A stretch of 64,000 nt of DNA from Gemmatimonadota bacterium (GTDB lineage Bacteria; Gemmatimonadota; Gemmatimonadetes; Longimicrobiales; Gaopeijiaceae), in contig DQPL01000123.1 of assembly GCA_015664885.1 (NCBI GenBank), positions 27,206 to 91,205 on the forward strand. Reading direction: 5' to 3'. The translations under genes were made by a program, and so were the position numbers. This document shows, one piece after another, positions 27,378 through 37,356 of the stretch. Position 1 is the first letter of the stretch; each line of letters opens with the position of its first letter. The notes beneath the pieces were generated by a model. That model made no database searches. It was not told where the DNA came from and was given only the letters and a program-made list of their open reading frames with translations.

Positions 27378-29210
27378 ATGAGAAACTACGCCGACGCCGA
27401 GGGCGCCCGCATGAGATACCGTTTCGCAACTTTGCCACTGATGCTGGCGCTCGCCGCCCCCAGTCTGGGCGCGCAGGACAGCGCGACCCGTGCGAACTCG
27501 AGGGTCGAGTCCCCGCCCGAGCTCGAGATCCTGGCGCAGGCAGTGGAAGCGATCACAACGATGCACATGGACGGCTTCAGCGACACCACGCTGTGGGAAG
27601 CGGCGCTCGACGGACTCAAAGGGCTGGTTCGAGACACCTCGGACGAGACGCTCAGTGAGGCGCAGGCGGACCTGCTCAGCCTGGTCGAGCAGGCCAGGCG
27701 GTCGGCTGAGCCCGAGATCTTGGCGCAAACCGTTGCCAGGATCTCCCGCCTGAGCGTGGACGGGGTGAGCGACTCCACGCTGTGGGAAGCAGCCATCGAC
27801 GGCCTCATCGGCGCACTCGATGATCCCTACGCGGAGCTCTTCACCGAGGTCGAGTCGGATGCGTGGGAAGAGGAGACGACCGGCAACTACTCCGGCATCG
27901 GCCTCCAGATTACCCTGCTCAACGAGGAGGTCACCGTCACTGCGGTCTTCCGCAGCACACCCGCAAAGCAGGTGGGCATCATCGTGGGCGACATCATCGT
28001 AGGTGTGAATACCAACGATGCGTCGGACTGGACGACGGGCATGGCCGCAGACTCGATCCGCGGTCCAGTGGGCACGGACGTGCTCGTGAAGATCAAGCGA
28101 GCCGGGTTCGATGAACCCATCGGTTTCGACATCACGCGCGCGCAGGTGCACGTGCCGGCGGTTCACTACGGTGTTCTCGAGAGCAACATCGGCTACGTCC
28201 TGCTCGATCGGGTGGCGCGCAACGCGGCGCAGGAGATGAACTCCGCGCTCGCCGAGCTCGCCGATACCCGCGGCCTCGTCATCGACCTTCGTCGCAACCC
28301 CGGCGGCTTCCTCGACGAGTCGCTCATGTTGGCCGACCTCTTCTTGAAGCCCGGATCGACGCTCGCTAGCACGGTACAGCGCAGACCGGACGCCGAAGCG
28401 TACGAAACCGAAACCGACTCCTTCGAGGACCGTTGGCCCCAGTTGGTGCCGGATCTCCCCATCGTGATACTGGTCGATCGCTTCACCGCGTCCGGGGCTG
28501 AGATCCTGGCAGGCGCGCTACAGGACTACGATCGCGCGCTCGTTCTTGGTGAACGCTCCTTCGGCAAAGGCGTCGTGCAGACCGTGATGCGGCTGCCGTA
28601 CAGCCGACGACTGCGTTTCACGACCGGTTCGTGGCACACGCCCCTCGGCCGCTCGCTGCAGCGCGCGAGAGACTCCCAATTCCGCCCCATAGCGGAAGAC
28701 TTGGACACGTTCCCGCGCGTCAACACAGCGCAGGGGCGCTCGCTCATCAACGGTGGCGGAATCTTCCCAGACCTGGCGCTCGCGGACGACACGACCACGC
28801 TGGTCGAGCGCGAGCTGATCAGGGCCGTGAACGAGCAGCAGGTTCCGCTGGGGCTGCGCCTCGCCGAACTCGGATTCGAGGCAGCCGGTGCTCGGCGCGA
28901 CGAAGGCACCGAGGATCCGGCCCTCACCGATGAGGAGTTCGACGGCTTCATCGCCCGGCTCGTGGAGGAGGGTCTCTCCGAAGACCAGCTTTCCGACGAG
29001 GGCGTCCGCACATACCTACGCTGGCGGGGTCGCATCACCGTGGCTCAGCGAATGGACGACCTTGGCGCGGAAGCCGACATCCGCATGGAACGGGACCCGG
29101 TCCTGTCCGAGGCTGTGCGCTTGTTACTGAACTCGACCTCTCAAGTGCAACTCTTCGAGGCCGCCGAGGCCGAGCAGGCTCGCCGCGACGAGGGAACCGG
29201 AGAGCTCTAG
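27378..29210 (+). CDS. S41 C-terminal processing peptidase (Ctp/Prc-like) with PDZ domain
   Basis: Contains 'GIGLQI', PDZ motif 'GDIIVGVN', 'DLRRNPGG' and 'SASGAEILAGALQD...GERSFGKG'. An alternative start at ATG 27411 lies directly before the signal peptide. Confidence 0.85.
   Translation: MRNYADAEGARMRYRFATLPLMLALAAPSLGAQDSATRANSRVESPPELEILAQAVEAITTMHMDGFSDTTLWEAALDGLKGLVRDTSDETLSEAQADLLSLVEQARRSAEPEILAQTVARISRLSVDGVSDSTLWEAAIDGLIGALDDPYAELFTEVESDAWEEETTGNYSGIGLQITLLNEEVTVTAVFRSTPAKQVGIIVGDIIVGVNTNDASDWTTGMAADSIRGPVGTDVLVKIKRAGFDEPIGFDITRAQVHVPAVHYGVLESNIGYVLLDRVARNAAQEMNSALAELADTRGLVIDLRRNPGGFLDESLMLADLFLKPGSTLASTVQRRPDAEAYETETDSFEDRWPQLVPDLPIVILVDRFTASGAEILAGALQDYDRALVLGERSFGKGVVQTVMRLPYSRRLRFTTGSWHTPLGRSLQRARDSQFRPIAEDLDTFPRVNTAQGRSLINGGGIFPDLALADDTTTLVERELIRAVNEQQVPLGLRLAELGFEAAGARRDEGTEDPALTDEEFDGFIARLVEEGLSEDQLSDEGVRTYLRWRGRITVAQRMDDLGAEADIRMERDPVLSEAVRLLLNSTSQVQLFEAAEAEQARRDEGTGEL
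27516..27815 (+). repeat. intragenic tandem duplication of a ~36-aa N-terminal module in ctp
   Basis: 'PELEILAQAVEAITTMHMDGFSDTTLWEAALDGLKGLV' (27516-27629) matches 'PEILAQTVARISRLSVDGVSDSTLWEAAIDGLIGAL' (27708-27815). Both copies share the identical DNA stretch 'ccacgctgtgggaagc'. Confidence 0.6.
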
Positions 29211-29239
29211 AAACCGCTCGCGGAAGCTCGCCAACCCCC

Positions 29240-30148
29240 TCAGTTACGGGGGTGGAAGCGGCGGTGCACGTCTCTCAGGTACTCGCGGTCCACGTGGGTG
29301 TAGATCTGAGTCGTCGAGATGTCTGCGTGTCCCAGTAACTCCTGAATAGCAGCCAGATCCGCCCCGCCTTCGACCAGATGGGTCGCGAAGGTGTGCCGGA
29401 GCGTGTGCGGAGAAACGTTCTTCCCGATACCCGCTCGCTTCGCCGACTTCTTGACGAGCTTCCAAACGGACTCCCGGCTCATGCGGGTCCCCCGTGCGTT
29501 GAGGTACACACGGCCCTCTGCGCGGCCCTTGTCGAGTCGTGGCCGCACGTCTCGCAGGTAGCGCTCCAGTGTCCTCACCGCCGGACCACCCATGGGCACG
29601 AAGCGTTCCTTGGAGCCTTTTCCGAGCACGGTCACGAAGCCCTCCTCCAGATGAAGGCCAGACAAGGGCAGATCGACCAGCTCGGAGACCCGAAGCCCGG
29701 AGGCGTAAAGCAGCTCGAGGATTGCGCGGTCCCGCCAGAACAGTGGTCGCTCGGCATCCGGGGCGTCGAGTAGGCGCACCACCTCGGTGTGCGTCAGGAA
29801 GCCCGGCAACTTCCGGGCGATGCGCGGACTCTCCAGTCGCTCGGTCGGATCGACCTCGAGCAGTCCTTCCGACAGCAAGAAGCGGAAGTACGTGCGCACG
29901 GCCGACTGCGCCCTACGAATCGAAGTCGCAGCGAGTCCCGCGTCCTTCAGTCCAAAAACCCACTCGCGCAGCAGCTCCGGTGTCACTCCTCCGGGGTCAC
30001 CCGCTCCTCCCTCCGACACGGACCGCCACCAGCGGGTGAGGTCCCGCTCGTAGGCAGACACCGTGCGAGCAGAGAGTCCTCGCTCGAAGGTGAGGTAGTC
30101 GTTGAACTGCTCGAACCGAAACACGGTCGGGATCGACGACTCAGGCAC
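29240..30148 (-). CDS. xerD: tyrosine site-specific recombinase, XerD-like
   Basis: Contains 'LSARTVSAYERDL' and 'HTLRHTFATHLVEGGADLAAIQELLGHADISTTQIYTHV'. The likely GTG start at 30148 overlaps the dedA end by 8 nt. Confidence 0.8.
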   Translation of the reverse strand: MPESSIPTVFRFEQFNDYLTFERGLSARTVSAYERDLTRWWRSVSEGGAGDPGGVTPELLREWVFGLKDAGLAATSIRRAQSAVRTYFRFLLSEGLLEVDPTERLESPRIARKLPGFLTHTEVVRLLDAPDAERPLFWRDRAILELLYASGLRVSELVDLPLSGLHLEEGFVTVLGKGSKERFVPMGGPAVRTLERYLRDVRPRLDKGRAEGRVYLNARGTRMSRESVWKLVKKSAKRAGIGKNVSPHTLRHTFATHLVEGGADLAAIQELLGHADISTTQIYTHVDREYLRDVHRRFHPRN

Positions 30149-30794
30149 CGACGTCGCGCTCCGACGCTGCGTCAGAGTCCTGCGAAGACTCCCGCGGATG
30201 CCGGGTGCGCCACCACCAAAGCGCCGAAGGAAGCGCGACCGCCACCGCGACGCCGAGCAGGACGCCATTGACCTGGCCCAGCATCGCACTCAGTACGTCC
30301 AGGTTTTGCCCGGCCAAGGCCCCGAGCCAGATGAGTGCTCCATACCAGATCGCGGAAGCGAGGGCGATCGGAAGCGCGACGAGAACGAACGGCTGCTGGC
30401 TAACCCCCGCGAAGACCGGAACGATGGAGCGCAGACCCGGCAGAAACCGCGTGAAGAAGATCGCCGCCGTGCCAAACCGCTCGTAGAACGTGGCCATACG
30501 CTCCATCTGATGAGGTCGGAGGACCCGCCTCCCCCAGCCGGCCTCGAAAAACGGCCTGCCGTGAGTGTAACCGAGCCGATACATGGCGAGCGCAGACCCC
30601 ACGTTCAACGACCACGTGGACACAAAGATCCACCGCGGGTCCAGGTCTCCGACCGCCGAGAGGAATCCACCCAGTGCTACGAACGTATCCGCGGGGATGG
30701 TCGGCATCACGTTCTCGACCGCAGCGCCGACGCCCAGCAGGACGTAGACGAGGCCCACCGGAATGCCCTCCAGCCAGCTCAGGAAATTTGCCAC
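30141..30794 (-). CDS. DedA/SNARE-associated family membrane protein
   Basis: Contains 'VENVMPTIPADTFVALGGF', 'FFTRFLPGLRSIVPVFAG' and multiple TM helices. Confidence 0.8.
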   Translation of the reverse strand: MANFLSWLEGIPVGLVYVLLGVGAAVENVMPTIPADTFVALGGFLSAVGDLDPRWIFVSTWSLNVGSALAMYRLGYTHGRPFFEAGWGRRVLRPHQMERMATFYERFGTAAIFFTRFLPGLRSIVPVFAGVSQQPFVLVALPIALASAIWYGALIWLGALAGQNLDVLSAMLGQVNGVLLGVAVAVALPSALWWWRTRHPRESSQDSDAASERDVGA

Positions 30795-30797
30795 GCC

Positions 30798-31271
30798 TCA
30801 CACTCCGGTGATCAGCGCTACCGCATGTACGGCGATGCCCTCCCCCGCTCCGATCCAGCCCATACCCTCGTTGCTCTTGCCCTTGATCGAGATCGATGCC
30901 GACGAGATCCGCATCGCCTCGGCGAGGCGCGAGCGCATGGCCTCCACGTGCGGTGCGATCTTGGGGCTCTCGCAAATCACGGTGACGTCCACGTTCACCA
31001 CCTGATAGTCTCGCGCCAGCACGATCCGTGTGGCACGATCGAGCAGATCCATGGACTCGGCATCCTTCCACTCATCGTCGTCCGGCGGGAAGTGGCTGCC
31101 AACGTTGCCCGCTGCCGCGGCGCCCAGCACGGCGTCGATGATCGCGTGCGCTACGGCGTCGCCATCGGAGTGGCCGGAGAGTCCGGCGTGATCGGGAATG
31201 TGCACACCGCCCAGCATGAGCTGCCGACCGTCTTGAAAGCGGTGTGAATCGTAGCCGGTCCCGATCCTCAT
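30798..31271 (-). CDS. ispF: 2-C-methyl-D-erythritol 2,4-cyclodiphosphate synthase
   Basis: Begins 'MRIGTGYDSHRF...GHSDGDAVAHAIIDA' from ATG 31271. The ORF-track N-terminus overlaps fabF. Confidence 0.9.
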   Translation of the reverse strand: MRIGTGYDSHRFQDGRQLMLGGVHIPDHAGLSGHSDGDAVAHAIIDAVLGAAAAGNVGSHFPPDDDEWKDAESMDLLDRATRIVLARDYQVVNVDVTVICESPKIAPHVEAMRSRLAEAMRISSASISIKGKSNEGMGWIGAGEGIAVHAVALITGV

Positions 31272-31281
31272 GCGGCGGGCG

Positions 31282-32571
31282 TCAGTCGTTCCAGCGACGG
31301 ATGGCCAGGCAGACGTTGTGTCCACCGAAGCCGAACGAATTGCTGAGCGCCAGTTCGACCGGACGTTCGACCATGCCTCCGTGCGCGTATTCGAGGTCGC
31401 AGTCCGGGTCCGGGCCCTGAAAGTTGATGGTGGGCGGGATCTTGCCGGTCCGGCACGCCTGGATGCACGTGATCGCCTCGAGAGCCGCGGCCGCCCCCAG
31501 CAAGTGTCCGGTCATGGACTTGGTGGAGCCCACCACCGTCTCGTAGGCGTGATCACCCAGCACTGACTTGATCGCCGCGGTCTCGATCGCGTCCGCGATG
31601 GTCGAGGTACCGTGAGCGTTTACGTAGTCCACGTCTTCGCTCGCCGCACCCGCATCCTCGAGCGCCATGCGCATGGCAATCTGGGCTCCGTACCCGTCGG
31701 GCGGAGGTGCGGTGATGTGGTGCGCATCCGCTGAAAGACCGTAGCCGACGATCTCCGCGAGAATTTCGGCACCGCGCGCTTGCGCATGCTCGAGGGCCTC
31801 GAGAATCAAGGCGCCGGAGCCTTCGCCCATCACGAAGCCGTCGCGGTCCGAGGAGAACGGCCGACTCGCCCCAGCCGGGTCGTCGTTTCTAGTAGAAAGG
31901 GCGCGCATCGATGAAAAGCCCGCAAACGTCATCGGGGTGATCGTGGCCTCACCTCCGCCGGCGATCATCATGTCGGCATCGCCATAACGAATGTGGCGCG
32001 CGGCGTCGCCGATGGCATGCGCCGAAGACGCACATGCCGATACGGTGGCGTAGTTGGGACCCTGCAGGTTCCAGCGCATCGAGATGAGGCCCGCGGAGAT
32101 GTCAGGTATGAACATCGGGATAAAGAACGGGCTCACGCGTTTCGGCCCCCCTTCGAGCATACGCTTGTGCTGCTTCTCGAAGGTCGCGATTCCGCCGATA
32201 CCGCTGCCGAAAATGACCCCGAAGCGACTCGGGTCCATACCGTCAGGGGTACCGTCCTGCACGCCGGCTGACTCGAGCGCCTGCGCCGAAGCGGCAATCG
32301 AAAAGAGTGACACGCGGTCGAAGCGCTTCGCGTCGCGCTTTTCGACGTAAGCGAGAGGATCGAAATCCTTCGCTTCACACGCGATGCGACAGGCCCACTC
32401 TTCGGTCGTCTGCCACAGCGTGATGGGGCCACCACCGCTGGTGCCCGCAAGCAGCGCGTCCCACGTAGTCGATAGATCGTTTCCGACAGGCGATACCACG
32501 CCCATCCCGGTGACGACCACCCGTCGAGGTTCGTGCCCCGCCCCCTGCCCCCTATTCATGCTTTCAACCAA
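31282..32571 (-). CDS. fabF: beta-ketoacyl-ACP synthase II
   Basis: Contains 'RVVVTGMGVVSPVGN', active-site 'ACASSAHAIG', 'NAHGTST' and 'SNSFGFGGHN'. Confidence 0.95.
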   Translation of the reverse strand: MVESMNRGQGAGHEPRRVVVTGMGVVSPVGNDLSTTWDALLAGTSGGGPITLWQTTEEWACRIACEAKDFDPLAYVEKRDAKRFDRVSLFSIAASAQALESAGVQDGTPDGMDPSRFGVIFGSGIGGIATFEKQHKRMLEGGPKRVSPFFIPMFIPDISAGLISMRWNLQGPNYATVSACASSAHAIGDAARHIRYGDADMMIAGGGEATITPMTFAGFSSMRALSTRNDDPAGASRPFSSDRDGFVMGEGSGALILEALEHAQARGAEILAEIVGYGLSADAHHITAPPPDGYGAQIAMRMALEDAGAASEDVDYVNAHGTSTIADAIETAAIKSVLGDHAYETVVGSTKSMTGHLLGAAAALEAITCIQACRTGKIPPTINFQGPDPDCDLEYAHGGMVERPVELALSNSFGFGGHNVCLAIRRWND

Positions 32572-32578
32572 GAAGGAC

Positions 32579-32821
32579 TCAGTCTTCTCGGTTTTCCTTC
32601 AGATATTTGATAGCATCGCCAACGGTTCGCATCTGCTCCGCTGCCTCATCCGGGATGTCCAGTCCGAATTCCTCCTCGAACGCCATCACGAGCTCGACCG
32701 TATCCAGGGAGTCTGCACCTAGATCCTCAACGAACGAAGCGTCGTCCGTGACCTTCTCAGGCTCGAGACCCAACTCGTTGATGATGATCTCGCGCACACG
32801 GGCCTCGATGGGCTCGCTCAT
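32579..32821 (-). CDS. acpP: acyl carrier protein
   Basis: Contains '[20 protein letters not shown]'. 80 aa. Confidence 0.95.
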   Translation of the reverse strand: MSEPIEARVREIIINELGLEPEKVTDDASFVEDLGADSLDTVELVMAFEEEFGLDIPDEAAEQMRTVGDAIKYLKENRED

Positions 32822-32860
32822 GTCCCCTCCTGTTCGTGACTAAAAGGGCGGTTTGGCCAA

Positions 32861-33604
32861 CTACATCACCATGCCGCCATCGACTGCCAAGACCTGGCCG
32901 GTAATGTAGCGCGCAGCAGGGCTCACGAGAAACCGCACGACGCCCGAAATATCATCCGTCTCGCCGAGCCGCCCGAGCGGGATGAGGCTCTGCAGGTTCT
33001 CGATCTGATCCTCGCTCAATTCAGCGGTCATATCGGTGCGAATGAAACCGGGCGCGAGCGCGTTGCAACGGACCCCCCTGGAACCCAATTCCTTGGCGAC
33101 GCTCTTGGTCATCCCAATCATGCCGGCCTTGGACGCTGCATAGTTGGTCTGCCCGGCGTTGCCGATGAGCCCCACCACCGACGTGATATTCAAGATCACG
33201 CCGTCGCGCTTCTTCATCATGCTACGTGTTACGGCACGAGTGAAGTTGAACGCGCCCTTTAGGTTAGTTGCGATCACTTCATCAAATTCCTCATCCTTCA
33301 TTCGCATCAGGAGATTGTCCCGCGTGAGGCCCGCGTTGTTGATAAGGATGTCGACGGAGCCTAGTCCCTCCTGGATGGCCTTTACCGTGTCCGTAACCTG
33401 AAACGGGTCCGCCACATCACACGCATATCCCTGGTGTCCGGCTCCGGACAGCGCCGCCGCGGCCTGTTTGGCGCGCTCACCGTTGCGCCCAATCACGGCA
33501 ATCGTGGCCCCCGCGTCCGCGAGTGACTCCGCGATCGCGAGGCCGATTCCACGCGATCCACCGGTGACGATGGCGACCTTGTCTGCGAGCTCTCTTGCGC
33601 TCAT
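32861..33604 (-). CDS. fabG: 3-oxoacyl-ACP reductase
   Basis: ATG 33604. Contains 'VTGGSRGIG', 'NNAG' and 'YAASKAG'. Lies within the fab cluster. Confidence 0.9.
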   Translation of the reverse strand: MSARELADKVAIVTGGSRGIGLAIAESLADAGATIAVIGRNGERAKQAAAALSGAGHQGYACDVADPFQVTDTVKAIQEGLGSVDILINNAGLTRDNLLMRMKDEEFDEVIATNLKGAFNFTRAVTRSMMKKRDGVILNITSVVGLIGNAGQTNYAASKAGMIGMTKSVAKELGSRGVRCNALAPGFIRTDMTAELSEDQIENLQSLIPLGRLGETDDISGVVRFLVSPAARYITGQVLAVDGGMVM

Positions 33605-33633
33605 CTCGTCAAAGCTCCCGTTGTTAAGCGCCC

Positions 33634-34557
33634 TTAGGCGCCATCCACCGATGTGGCGAGGTCCTCGGTATCCCCGATGGACCTGCAGGGCACGCCCTTC
33701 GCATTGCGCCGATTCAGGCCGCACAAGACCGAGCCAGGGCCGAGCTCGAGGAAGCGGTCCGCGCCCGCTTCGACCATCGCAGCCACCGAAGCACTCCAGC
33801 GCACCGCCGACGTGAGCTGCTCGACCATCAGCTGCCGTGCCTCGGAGCCACTCGTGACCGGACTCGCCGTGACGTTTGAGAAAACTGGGTATGCCGGGTC
33901 CTGGAACTCTATCGACTGCAGTTTGTCTCTAAGTCCGTCGACGGCGGGCTCCATGAGCGGGGAGTGAAAGGCCCCGGATACGTTCAGCCGTACGACCCGC
34001 CTCGCTCCCGCGTCCGTCGCTCGTTCCATGCCCTGCTCCACGCCAGCGATGTCGCCGCTGACGACCACCTGGCCGCTCGCGTTGAAGTTGGCGGGCACGC
34101 AGGTACCCGCATCGACCTCCGTACACACAGCTTCTACCTCTTCGTCGCTCAAGCCGAGAATGGCGGCCATGGTTCCCGATCGTTTCTGGCCCGCCGCGAA
34201 CATCAGCTCGCCTCTGAGACGGACAACCGCCAGTGCGTCTTCATACCTGAGCGTGCCGGCCGCCACATGTGCGCTGAACTCACCCAACGAGTGGCCGGCG
34301 GCATAGGCGACAGGGCCCATCTGGTCCTCGATGGTCCGCAGAACCGCCACCGAGTGGGCGAGGATCGCCGGCTGAGCGTTCTGGGTGGCCGTGAGCTCGT
34401 GCTCAGGACCATCTCTCATGAGACCAGAGAGTGAGAACCCCAAGACCTCGTCTGCCGTGGCAAACGCAGCGTCCGCTCTGGCGTCCGATGCGGCAAGAGC
34501 CCGCCCCATGCCGACGACCTGAGACCCCTGGCCGGGGAAGATCAGCGCAAGTGACAT
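33634..34557 (-). CDS. fabD: malonyl CoA-ACP transacylase
   Basis: Contains 'FPGQGSQ', 'GHSLGE' and 'VSGAFHSPLM'. Confidence 0.9.
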   Translation of the reverse strand: MSLALIFPGQGSQVVGMGRALAASDARADAAFATADEVLGFSLSGLMRDGPEHELTATQNAQPAILAHSVAVLRTIEDQMGPVAYAAGHSLGEFSAHVAAGTLRYEDALAVVRLRGELMFAAGQKRSGTMAAILGLSDEEVEAVCTEVDAGTCVPANFNASGQVVVSGDIAGVEQGMERATDAGARRVVRLNVSGAFHSPLMEPAVDGLRDKLQSIEFQDPAYPVFSNVTASPVTSGSEARQLMVEQLTSAVRWSASVAAMVEAGADRFLELGPGSVLCGLNRRNAKGVPCRSIGDTEDLATSVDGA

Positions 34558-34563
34558 GTGATA

Positions 34564-35559
34564 CTACCAGCGGAGGGCCATCGCGCCCCATGTGAGCCCC
34601 GCGCCGAAGGCGACGAGCAGCACATTGGAACCTGGTACGATGAGCCGCTTCTCCAGTGCTTCATCGATCGCGATGGGGATGGTTGCGGAGCTCATGTTCC
34701 CGTATCGCTCGACGTTGACGTAGACCCGGTCCATGTCGATGCCGGCGTGTTTGGCGGTCGACTCGATGATCCGCATGTTCGCCTGATGCGGGATGAGAAG
34801 GTCGACGTCGTCTGGCGTCAGGCCTGCCGCCTGCAACGCGTGATCACACGCCTCGGCCATGTTGCGAACAGCATGCTTGAACACTTCTCGGCCTTTCATA
34901 CGCACCAAGTGGGTCTTTTCGTCGAGCGCCGCGTGACTCATTGGGTGCAGCGCTCCACCGGCCGGTCGAACCAAGAGCTCGCTGAGGTTCCCGTCCGAAC
35001 GGAGGTGGCTGGACAGAATGCCGCGCCCCGACCCCCCGGCGGGTCGAACCACGGCCGCGCCACCGCCGTCGCCGAACAGGACGCAGGTGGAGCGGTCCTC
35101 CCAATCGACGATCGAGCTCATCTTCTCTGCCGAGACGACCAGGGCGACTTCCCCTCGACCAGCCGTGAGGTACCCCTCTGCCAGGGTCAGACCGTAGATG
35201 AAGCCGCTACAGGCTGCCACCAGGTCGAAGGCCACAGCGTTGCTAGCTCCGAGCCTCGCCTGGATGTCGCACGCGGTCGAGGGCAACAAGCGGTCGGGTG
35301 TGGCCGTGGCAACGATGAGCACGTCGATCTCACCCGGCTCCACACCCGCGCTACGCATAGCCTTCCTGGCGGCGCCGGTGCCCAGATCGGCGGCACCCAT
35401 GTCGTCCGGCGCAATGCGCCGCTCCCTGATTCCCGTGCGAGATCGGATCCACTCGTCCGAAGTGTTGAGGCTTTTGGCGAGGTCCTCGTTGGTCACAACG
35501 TTGTCAGGCAGGAAGCGGCCGGTGCCCGCGATCTCGACCAGTGGTTTAGGCTTCTTCAC
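34564..35559 (-). CDS. fabH: beta-ketoacyl-ACP synthase III
   Basis: Contains 'ACSGF', 'HQAN' and 'GAGLTWGA'. GTG 35559 overlaps the plsX TGA as GTGA. Confidence 0.9.
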   Translation of the reverse strand: MKKPKPLVEIAGTGRFLPDNVVTNEDLAKSLNTSDEWIRSRTGIRERRIAPDDMGAADLGTGAARKAMRSAGVEPGEIDVLIVATATPDRLLPSTACDIQARLGASNAVAFDLVAACSGFIYGLTLAEGYLTAGRGEVALVVSAEKMSSIVDWEDRSTCVLFGDGGGAAVVRPAGGSGRGILSSHLRSDGNLSELLVRPAGGALHPMSHAALDEKTHLVRMKGREVFKHAVRNMAEACDHALQAAGLTPDDVDLLIPHQANMRIIESTAKHAGIDMDRVYVNVERYGNMSSATIPIAIDEALEKRLIVPGSNVLLVAFGAGLTWGAMALRW

Positions 35560-36560
35560 GAAGCCTCCCGCGAGGTGTGCCCGAGCGCCAGGGCGACCTC
35601 CTGAGCGCTGTGCTTGACCATGTCGGAGCGAACCGCCCGAACTGCCATCTTGAGCGCATTGCGAATCGCCTTCGGAGTCGACTCTCCATGGCAAATCACG
35701 GGAACGCCTCCGACGCCAAGCAGGGGCGCCCCGCCCGTCTCCGCATAGTCGAGCACTCGGAACACTCGATCAAGGTCGAGCCCTTCGGAGGCCTTGCCCT
35801 TCTGCTCTGCTTCCACGAGACCAACAATGAACTGGGCGACCGACTCGTAGAACTTCAAGATCGCGTTCCCGACGAATCCGTCGCAGACCACGACGTCGCA
35901 CACGTCCTTGATGATGTCCCGTCCCTCGACATTGCCCACGAAATTGAGTCCTGCCTCCGTGCACAGGAGCTGATAGGTCTCGATCGTGAGTTCGTCGCCC
36001 TTGCCTGGCTCCTCACCGATGTTCAGTAGCGCGATCCTCGGGTCCGAGCGCCCCATCATGACCTGGGCGTAAATGTTGCCGAGGTGCGCGAACTGCACGA
36101 GGTGATGCGGCTTGCAGTCGACGTTGGCGCCTGCATCTAGCAGGAGAACCGGGGGACCCGCCGAGGGCAAGATGGTTGCGACCGAAGGACGGTCCACGCC
36201 GGGCAACGGACGCAAAGTAAAGAGCGACGTCGCCATGATCGCTCCGGTAGATCCGGCGCTGACGAAGGCCTGCCCCGCGCCGTCGCGATGCAGCTCTAGG
36301 CCCACGACCAGCGAAGACTCGGGATTACGGCGAATGACTTTCGAAGGCGACTCCTCCGGTGTCACCCGGTCCGGCGCGTGGTGCACCGAGAGCCGTTCAG
36401 GAATCTGGTCGTGCCCTGCGAGCTCCGCCTCGATCGTCTCCTGATCGCCCACCAGGACAATCTCCACGTCCGAGTCGAGTTCCTTCAATGCCTCAATCGC
36501 CCCCGCCACTTCGGACCGCGGGGCGTGATCGGTACCCATTGCATCGAGGATGATGCGCAT
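35556..36560 (-). CDS. plsX: phosphate acyltransferase
   Basis: Begins 'MRIILDAMGTDHAP' from ATG 36560. Contains 'GFVGN' and 'GAPLLG'. Confidence 0.9.
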   Translation of the reverse strand: MRIILDAMGTDHAPRSEVAGAIEALKELDSDVEIVLVGDQETIEAELAGHDQIPERLSVHHAPDRVTPEESPSKVIRRNPESSLVVGLELHRDGAGQAFVSAGSTGAIMATSLFTLRPLPGVDRPSVATILPSAGPPVLLLDAGANVDCKPHHLVQFAHLGNIYAQVMMGRSDPRIALLNIGEEPGKGDELTIETYQLLCTEAGLNFVGNVEGRDIIKDVCDVVVCDGFVGNAILKFYESVAQFIVGLVEAEQKGKASEGLDLDRVFRVLDYAETGGAPLLGVGGVPVICHGESTPKAIRNALKMAVRAVRSDMVKHSAQEVALALGHTSREAS

Positions 36561-36582
36561 GGACGCTATGTCCGGCAGGACA

Positions 36583-36765
36583 CTAGTCGATCTCGACTTC
36601 GAGAACCGGCTCCCCTCGATAGTGCCCACAATTGGGGCACACGCGATGCGGTACCTTGGGGTCACCACAGTTCGGGCAATTGTTGACCGTCACACCCTCG
36701 GCTTTGTAGTGGGTGCGACGCTTCCTCTTGCGCTGTTTCGAGGTCCGCTTTTTTGGAACCGCCAT
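36583..36765 (-). CDS. rpmF: 50S ribosomal protein L32
   Basis: Begins '[10 protein letters not shown]' and carries CxxC...CxxC zinc-ribbon motifs. 60 aa. Confidence 0.95.
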   Translation of the reverse strand: MAVPKKRTSKQRKRKRRTHYKAEGVTVNNCPNCGDPKVPHRVCPNCGHYRGEPVLEVEID

Positions 36766-36772
36766 TACCGAC

Positions 36773-37282
36773 TCACTTGTTCTTGAGGGCCCCGAGTGCC
36801 TCCCACCTGGGATCGTCCTCTTCCACTCTGCACGAGCACGAATCGCTATTCCGATTCACGCCGCACGTCGGACAAAGACCTCGGCAATCAGGATCACAAA
36901 CGACGTATTTATCGAGCGCGAGCACCAACTCCTCACGCACCGCGTTGCTCATATCAAACTCAGCACCGGCATCGAACACATGCGTACTTCCGTCGTCTTC
37001 TACCCCTGGTGTGTCCGAAGAGAGAAAGACCAACGTGACAGCGTGTTCGAACCTACCCGGCACGGGCTCGAGGCAGCGCCTACACACCTGCAGCAACGAC
37101 CCCTCGAGGACACCTCGCACCACGACCTCTCCGGTGCCTGCATGCGAAGCCTTGAGCCTTACTTCGACCGGGCCAGCCCACTCGATGCCGCTCTCATCCC
37201 ACAGTGGCGTATCAGTAGGAAGTCGAGCCTCGACCAGGACGGATCCCTCCCGTCCCAGGCGACCGAGATCAAGACTTAGCAT
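36773..37282 (-). CDS. yceD: YceD/DUF177 family protein
   Basis: Lies immediately upstream of rpmF-plsX, the conserved position. Contains 'CRRCLEP' and 'CRGLCPTCG'. Confidence 0.8.
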   Translation of the reverse strand: MLSLDLGRLGREGSVLVEARLPTDTPLWDESGIEWAGPVEVRLKASHAGTGEVVVRGVLEGSLLQVCRRCLEPVPGRFEHAVTLVFLSSDTPGVEDDGSTHVFDAGAEFDMSNAVREELVLALDKYVVCDPDCRGLCPTCGVNRNSDSCSCRVEEDDPRWEALGALKNK

Positions 37283-37356
37283 AGTCGTGAAAACTAGTCA
37301 GGGCCCCGGAATTGTCCAGGCTGCTGGAGCAGCGCGTGACCGAGGTCTAGAGGGCG

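Noticed and set aside
29240-30148. The tyrosine recombinase as a marker of an integrated mobile element.
   Set aside because: The sequence is XerD-type ('LLGHADISTTQIYTHV'). It is translationally coupled to dedA within a housekeeping array, and I see no flanking direct repeats, tRNA target or cargo genes.
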